Assembly (NCBI GenBank): GCA_965214705.1
Contig: OZ243972.1
Location: 3,808,001 to 3,872,000 of the forward strand
From: Alphaproteobacteria bacterium
GTDB lineage: Bacteria > Pseudomonadota > Alphaproteobacteria > UBA828
DNA: 64,000 nt
Reading direction: 5' to 3'
Shown here in pieces: positions 58,940-64,000 of the stretch. The notes under the pieces are model-generated. The model searched no databases and was not told the origin of the DNA. It saw only the letters and a list, made by a program, of their open reading frames with translations. Position 1 is the first letter of the stretch, and each line of letters begins with the position of its first letter. The position numbers were made by a program, and so were the translations under genes.

Positions 58940-60031
58940 CTACGCGGCGAGGGGATATTCCTCGTAGTCGGATTCGCAGGGCTGCGTGTCGGTGATGTGG
59001 AGCGTCCGCTGCTTCAGCGAGATCATGATGGAGTGGTTGGTCTGCAGCCTCAGCGTCTCCGCCTCTTCCTCGTCATAGTGTGCGCAGATCGAGTGCGGAT
59101 AGCCGAAGTGGTCCGCCATCGCCGATCTGATGGTCTCCGAATCGAGCTCCTGCGACTGACGCAGCAACCGCTCCAGGCGCACATGGCGGTACATCGTGTT
59201 GGGCCAGAGCTTCACCACCTCCGACTCCACGTCCAGCTTGCAGAAGTGGTTGGAGTGAGTGAGCAGACCGTCATCCGGGTAGATGAAGGCTTCCTTGTCC
59301 GGGCTCGTCTCGATGTCGATGGCGATGCCGTCCTCATGGGCGATGAGGAAGTTCATCGATACCGAGCGATTGGTACCGCAGATCGCCAGGATGGCCTCCT
59401 GCATGTTGCGGGCGTTCATGATGTCGCGCACGCGCATGCGGTAGGGCTTCTCGTATTCGTACTTGCCGTCCTCCGGGGTCAGCAGCGCGTTGATGACCAC
59501 GCCGATGCCGTTCTCGTTGACGCCCTGGAGGCCGCCGATGGTGCCGACCTCGCCGATGTGGATGAAGTCGGGCCCATCGTCCCGATGCACCCGCGAGACC
59601 ACGGTGTTGATGTCCTTCACCCAGTCCCAATTCTGGCCGATCATCGTGTCGCCGTTCTTCGAGCGCTCGGGCAACACGGCGAACGAGGTGCAGGCGTCCA
59701 TCGCGGCGGGCTGGTATTGCGCCTGCGCATCGCTCTTCATCATGTTCACGAGCATTTCGTAGCGCACGTTGAGGAGGGTGATTTCCTCCAGGCTGCGGCC
59801 CGAACCCTCGACCACGCCGTCAATCTCCTCCCAGAAGATCGGGTCCTTGGGCCTCAGCGCCTCGGCCCACCTGGCCGATTCGGCCATCAATGCACCTTTC
59901 TCGAAGCCCAGAATCTGGAAGCGCTTGAGATAGCGCTCGAGGTTCTGGCTGATCTCCTTCGACATGATCTCGCCGTGAACGCGGCCACGATCCCTGGGAT
60001 CACCGGTCAGGTTGAGCACTGGCTTGGTCAT
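58940..60031 (-). CDS. Peptidase C45 / acyl-CoA:6-APA acyltransferase-like Ntn-hydrolase
   Basis: RGRVHG, LNVRYE, ACTS (putative nucleophile Cys), GQNWDW, GVNENG, HSNHF, SICAH. Confidence 0.85.
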   Translation of the reverse strand: MTKPVLNLTGDPRDRGRVHGEIMSKEISQNLERYLKRFQILGFEKGALMAESARWAEALRPKDPIFWEEIDGVVEGSGRSLEEITLLNVRYEMLVNMMKSDAQAQYQPAAMDACTSFAVLPERSKNGDTMIGQNWDWVKDINTVVSRVHRDDGPDFIHIGEVGTIGGLQGVNENGIGVVINALLTPEDGKYEYEKPYRMRVRDIMNARNMQEAILAICGTNRSVSMNFLIAHEDGIAIDIETSPDKEAFIYPDDGLLTHSNHFCKLDVESEVVKLWPNTMYRHVRLERLLRQSQELDSETIRSAMADHFGYPHSICAHYDEEEAETLRLQTNHSIMISLKQRTLHITDTQPCESDYEEYPLAA

Positions 60032-60307
60032 CGATCGCCTCCTGCATGGTCCCGTCGTGCGAATTGATCGCTTGTTCTTTGCCGCACGAACGAGCCGGTC
60101 GAATTCGTTGCCATCGGAGAATAGCGCGGCGACTGGAGCAAGAGAAGGCGGAAAGAGCGCAACGGTATGGGCGGACCGGAAGCGGCACGCGCGATCCTAG
60201 GCGGATGCGGGCAAGGCGCAGGCAGTGCTCTCGTGCTACCGTTGCGGCGTTGGGACTCGCCGCTTCCCCGAGAAGCGGGGAGACGGCTCCACCGGTCGGA
60301 GGCCGCC

Positions 60308-61168
60308 ATGAAGACGATACCAGCGACCCTTTCGGTCATTTTGGCGACGGTATTGCTCGCCGGGACGAGCGCCGCCGAGACCCCGCTCGAGCGGGGTACC
60401 TACCTGATGGAGAGCATCGCCGCCTGTCCGGTCTGTCACACGCCGTGGACCGAGGACGGCCAGATCGCCGACATGCATATGGCGGGTGGCCTGATGTTCG
60501 AGGAGGATGACTACACCGCCTACGCGTCCAACATCACGCCCGACCCCGAGACCGGAATCGGCAACTGGAGCGACGAGGAGATCATCACCGCGATCCGCGA
60601 GGGCAAACTGCCGGACGGTTCGATCATCGGCCCGGCCATGCCGATCTCGCTTTATCGGGGCCTCTCGGATCGGGACGTGCAGGCGATCGTCGCCTACCTG
60701 CGCTCGATCCCGCCGATCAAGAACGAGGTGTCTGCTTCCGAGTACGAGATCGATCTACCCGCCGATTATGGCCCGCCGCTCGGCGAGGTGCCCGAGGTCG
60801 CGTACTACGATCTCGGCGCCTACGGTGAATATCTGGCGGGCCCGATCGCCAACTGCACGTACTGCCATACGCCGATCGAAGACGGCTGGCGGGATTACGA
60901 GAACATGCTGGGCGCCGGCGGGCACGAGATGGAAGGCCCTTGGGGCGAGACGGTGGCCCGCAACATCACGCCAGACTGGGGTACCGGCCTCGGTCGCTGG
61001 AACAGCCGCAAGATGCGCACGGCCATCACCAAAGGGTTGAGGCCCGACGGCGACGAGCTCGGCCCGCCCATGCCTTACGCGCGCTATGACACGATGGATC
61101 GCCAGGACCTCAGTGCGATCCTCGCCTACGTGCGCTCGTTGCCCCAAATCGAGAACGACACTGATTAA
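60308..61168 (+). CDS. Periplasmic di-heme c-type cytochrome
   Basis: Signal peptide; CPVCH and CTYCH; duplicated NITPD..TG.G.W and MP motifs. Confidence 0.88.
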   Translation: MKTIPATLSVILATVLLAGTSAAETPLERGTYLMESIAACPVCHTPWTEDGQIADMHMAGGLMFEEDDYTAYASNITPDPETGIGNWSDEEIITAIREGKLPDGSIIGPAMPISLYRGLSDRDVQAIVAYLRSIPPIKNEVSASEYEIDLPADYGPPLGEVPEVAYYDLGAYGEYLAGPIANCTYCHTPIEDGWRDYENMLGAGGHEMEGPWGETVARNITPDWGTGLGRWNSRKMRTAITKGLRPDGDELGPPMPYARYDTMDRQDLSAILAYVRSLPQIENDTD

Positions 61169-61258
61169 CAGCCGCCCGCTGCGGCATGATTGCGCCTTGA
61201 CGGGTTAACGCGCGAACGGGCAAGCTTCCGCAACTTTTCGGGACGCGAAGGCAGAACC

Positions 61259-62281
61259 ATGACCCTTCAGCAGGTTCCCGTTATCGACATCGCGCCGTTC
61301 CTTGGCGGAGAGCGCGATGGCAAAGCGCGGGTGGCAGCCGAGGTCAAGCAGGCGTGCGAAGACATCGGCTTCTTCGTCATCACCGGCCACGGGGTCGACC
61401 CGGCGCTGACCAAGGCGACCCACGACGTCAGCCGGCGCTTTTTCGATCTGCCGCTTGATGAGAAGATGACGATCGAGCGCTGGGCGGACGACGTCATCAG
61501 GGGCTACAGCCCAGCCCTCAAGGAATGCCTGGCCGAAAGCCGCGGCGAGCGGGGTCCGGGCGATCTCAAGGAATCGCTGACCGTCGGCCCGCCGTTCGTG
61601 CCGGACGAGCCCTACTATCACTGCGCCGAGGCCGGCCAGCACTTCGTCGAGAATCGCTGGCCCGCGCGTCCTGCCGAGCTCAAGGAGACGTGGATCGCGT
61701 ACTGGGACGCGATGGAGCAGCTTGCCTTCACGCTCATGCGCATCTTTGCTTGCGCCCTCGACCTCGGCGAAGACTATTTCGATACGCGGGTCGACAAGCA
61801 CGTCAGCCAGTTCCGGGTGCTCAACTATCCGGACCAGCCGGCCCCACCGCTGGAGAACCAGTTCCGCGCGAGCGCGCACTCGGATTTCGGCGCCTGCACG
61901 ATCTGTGCGATCGAGGACAAGCCTGGCGGTCTCCAGGCCATGAATCGGGACGGCGAGTGGGTGAACGTGCCGGTGGTGCCCAATGCCTTCAGCATCAATC
62001 TCGGCGACCAGATGCAGATGTGGACCAACGACATGTGGGTTTCCACCCTGCACAGGGTTGTCAATCCGCCGCGGGACAAGGCGAACGACAGCCGCCGACA
62101 GTCGATGATCTTCTTCTTCTATACGAACTACGACTGCATGATCGAATGCTTCCCGGCCTGTCAGAGCGCGGACAATCCGGCCAAGTACCCGCCGGTCACC
62201 ACAAGCAAGAACCTGCTCGACAAGTTCCTGATGATGACCGCCATCGGCGCCTCGGGACAGAGGGCGTCCGATCAGCCATAA
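61259..62281 (+). CDS. Isopenicillin N synthase family Fe(II)/2OG oxygenase (paralog of 46510)
   Basis: VPVIDI, ACEDIGFF, HSD...HRVVNP, RQS. Confidence 0.9.
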   Translation: MTLQQVPVIDIAPFLGGERDGKARVAAEVKQACEDIGFFVITGHGVDPALTKATHDVSRRFFDLPLDEKMTIERWADDVIRGYSPALKECLAESRGERGPGDLKESLTVGPPFVPDEPYYHCAEAGQHFVENRWPARPAELKETWIAYWDAMEQLAFTLMRIFACALDLGEDYFDTRVDKHVSQFRVLNYPDQPAPPLENQFRASAHSDFGACTICAIEDKPGGLQAMNRDGEWVNVPVVPNAFSINLGDQMQMWTNDMWVSTLHRVVNPPRDKANDSRRQSMIFFFYTNYDCMIECFPACQSADNPAKYPPVTTSKNLLDKFLMMTAIGASGQRASDQP

Positions 62282-62347
62282 GGCGCCGGGCGGCGCCTCA
62301 AGAAACGACCAAGGAGCCGTTAAGGCTCGAAACCAAGGGAGGTAGAC

Positions 62348-63472
62348 ATGATCAAACGGGCGAGACTCGCGGTGCTGGCAACTGCTGCACTGGCACTGGC
62401 GGTGACGGGAATCTTCGGCCCATCGCCGGCTTCGGCCCAAGAGGACAAGTACAAGGTCTTCGTCAGCGTGGGCTTCGAGGGCAACACCTGGATGGATGCG
62501 GCGCAGAACCTGATCCGCTCCATGGCCAAGACCAAGGCCTTCAAGGACCGGGTGGAGCTCAACATGCAATCGGCGCGGGCCGATATCCAGACCCAGATCC
62601 AACAGGTCAACGCCATGGTCCAGGGCGATGCCGACATCATCATCCTGTGGCCGAACTCGCGCACCGCGCTCAATCGCTCGATCCGTCAGGCGTGCCAGAG
62701 GGGCATTATCGTGATGACCTTCGACGCATCGGTGACCGAGCCCTGCGCCTACCACATCGGCCTGGATCAGACCTGGGCCGGTGCGGGGCCTGCGGAATAT
62801 CTGGCCGAAGAGCTCGGCGGCAAAGGCAGCATCATCGTCATGGGTGGCTACCCCGGCCACTACATCGATCATGCCCGCACCGACGGCGCCATGGAGGTCT
62901 TCGCCGCATATCCCGAGATCGAGGTCCTGGTTCATGCTTACAGCAACTGGAACAACGCGCACGCCAGGCAGGAGCTGACCAAGATCGTGGCCACCCACGG
63001 CTGGGACAACATCGACGGGCTGTGGACCCAGGTGGGCTGCTACATGTTCTCGCAGATCCAGGTCGAGGCCGGCCGTGCGGACCAACTGGTGCCCTGCGCC
63101 GGTAACGGCACCAACGGGCATAGGATCGCCATCGCCGAGCCCGGCACGGTGCCGGGTGCGCTGGGCATGAAGAGCAGCTCCATGGGCTCGCCCAACTGGC
63201 TCGGTGCCTACGCGCTCAAGGTCGCCGTCGCCTATGCCGACGGCGGTGCGGAGCCGCCGCGCTTCACCCAGGTGCCGATGCCGCTGGTCGAGCCGGGCCA
63301 GGTTGTGGTGTGCACCGAGGGGACGCGCGAGGAGCTGCTCGCGCGCAACTGCAACACCTACCATCCCGATCTCGGGGTGCCGCCGAACTACTTCGTCGAT
63401 GTGTGGCATCCCTGGGTGAGTGAGCTCGACCTGTTCTCAGCGCTCGAAGGCAAGGTGCCGGAAGGTCAGTAG
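62348..63472 (+). CDS. Sugar-type (RbsB-like) ABC substrate-binding protein
   Basis: Signal peptide; GNTW, QIQQV, ADIII, FDA; followed by a sugar ABC ATPase. Confidence 0.82.
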   Translation: MIKRARLAVLATAALALAVTGIFGPSPASAQEDKYKVFVSVGFEGNTWMDAAQNLIRSMAKTKAFKDRVELNMQSARADIQTQIQQVNAMVQGDADIIILWPNSRTALNRSIRQACQRGIIVMTFDASVTEPCAYHIGLDQTWAGAGPAEYLAEELGGKGSIIVMGGYPGHYIDHARTDGAMEVFAAYPEIEVLVHAYSNWNNAHARQELTKIVATHGWDNIDGLWTQVGCYMFSQIQVEAGRADQLVPCAGNGTNGHRIAIAEPGTVPGALGMKSSSMGSPNWLGAYALKVAVAYADGGAEPPRFTQVPMPLVEPGQVVVCTEGTREELLARNCNTYHPDLGVPPNYFVDVWHPWVSELDLFSALEGKVPEGQ

Positions 63473-63501
63473 CAAAAGGCCTAACAGGGAGGCACCTTCT
63501 A

Positions 63502-63535
63502 CCGTGCGGGACCTGCGCAAGCGGGTCCCGCACGG
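63502..63535 (+). terminator. Intercistronic stem-loop with GCAA tetraloop after SBP gene
   Basis: CCGTGCGGGACCTGC-GCAA-GCGGGTCCCGCACGG, 15-bp stem with one G-U pair. Confidence 0.6.
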
Positions 63536-63563
63536 ACGCCTCCGACAGTCCTGACGCGTTGCC

Positions 63564-64000
63564 GTGGAAGAGAGCGGGAGCGAGGCGCCCGCCGCATTCG
63601 AGGTCGTCGGACTAAGAAAGCATTTCGGCGCCACGATTGCCCTGGATGACGTGTCGCTCGCCGTCGGGTCGGGCGACGTTCATGCGTTGCTGGGCGAGAA
63701 CGGCGCCGGCAAGTCCACTCTCGTCAAGATTCTCAGCGGTCTGATCCGGGCCGACGCCGGCGACATCCAATTGTTCGGCGAGCCCGCGCGGCTCGGCGAC
63801 CCGCGCACCGCGCACCGCGCCGGCATCCAGACCGCCTATCAGGAAATCTCGCTGATCAAGGACCTCACGGTCACCCAGAACATGCTCCTGCCCTACGAGC
63901 CCGCGTACCCAGGCGGGCAGGTGCGCCGGCGGCGATCGGAAGAGCTGGTGCGCGAGATGCTCCAGAGACTCGGCCTGGACGATATCGACCCGCGCGTGGA
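63564..64000 (+). CDS. Sugar ABC transporter ATP-binding protein (3'-truncated by window edge; start uncertain)
   Basis: KHFG...ALDDV, VHALLGENGAGKSTL, YQE.SL; in-frame TGA at 63552 bounds the start. Confidence 0.88.
   Translation, partial: MEESGSEAPAAFEVVGLRKHFGATIALDDVSLAVGSGDVHALLGENGAGKSTLVKILSGLIRADAGDIQLFGEPARLGDPRTAHRAGIQTAYQEISLIKDLTVTQNMLLPYEPAYPGGQVRRRRSEELVREMLQRLGLDDIDPRV

Noticed and set aside
46510-62281. Beta-lactam biosynthetic cluster suggested by IPNS-like and IAT-like names
   Set aside because: No ACV synthetase or other NRPS in the window; both families are broad and the context is importers and catabolic enzymes

Overview
High-GC alphaproteobacterial chromosome segment; the gene order suggests a Rhodospirillales-like organism (inference). 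It opens with the core block nuoL-nuoM-nuoN-birA-coaX-rnj-mce-DUF1467. About 16 kb of accessory genes follow before the block resumes with proS-lolC/E-lolD. The rest is mostly small-molecule catabolism: three ABC importer clusters plus an orphan binding protein, a hydantoinase/oxoprolinase pair, four Fe(II)/2-oxoglutarate oxygenases, an amidase, two class III aminotransferases, a C45 Ntn-hydrolase and others. Three type II toxin-antitoxin modules are interspersed. Highlights: (1) a complete IS4/IS50-type element (47639-49986, 9-bp target duplication ACCCAGGGC) whose transposase carries an extra N-terminal DUF4338/DruA-like domain with a Mom-like motif, inserted in the last codons of a tautomerase gene; (2) an alanine-racemase-fold protein apparently lacking the catalytic Tyr and the PLP-contacting Arg, translationally coupled to a hydroxylase; (3) a 38-bp direct repeat bracketing the hydantoinase genes, with a partial third copy upstream of another importer; (4) an in-frame fusion of a periplasmic binding protein to a VOC domain. 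No rRNA, tRNA or CRISPR array was recognised. All family calls come from motif recognition by eye; no searches were run.
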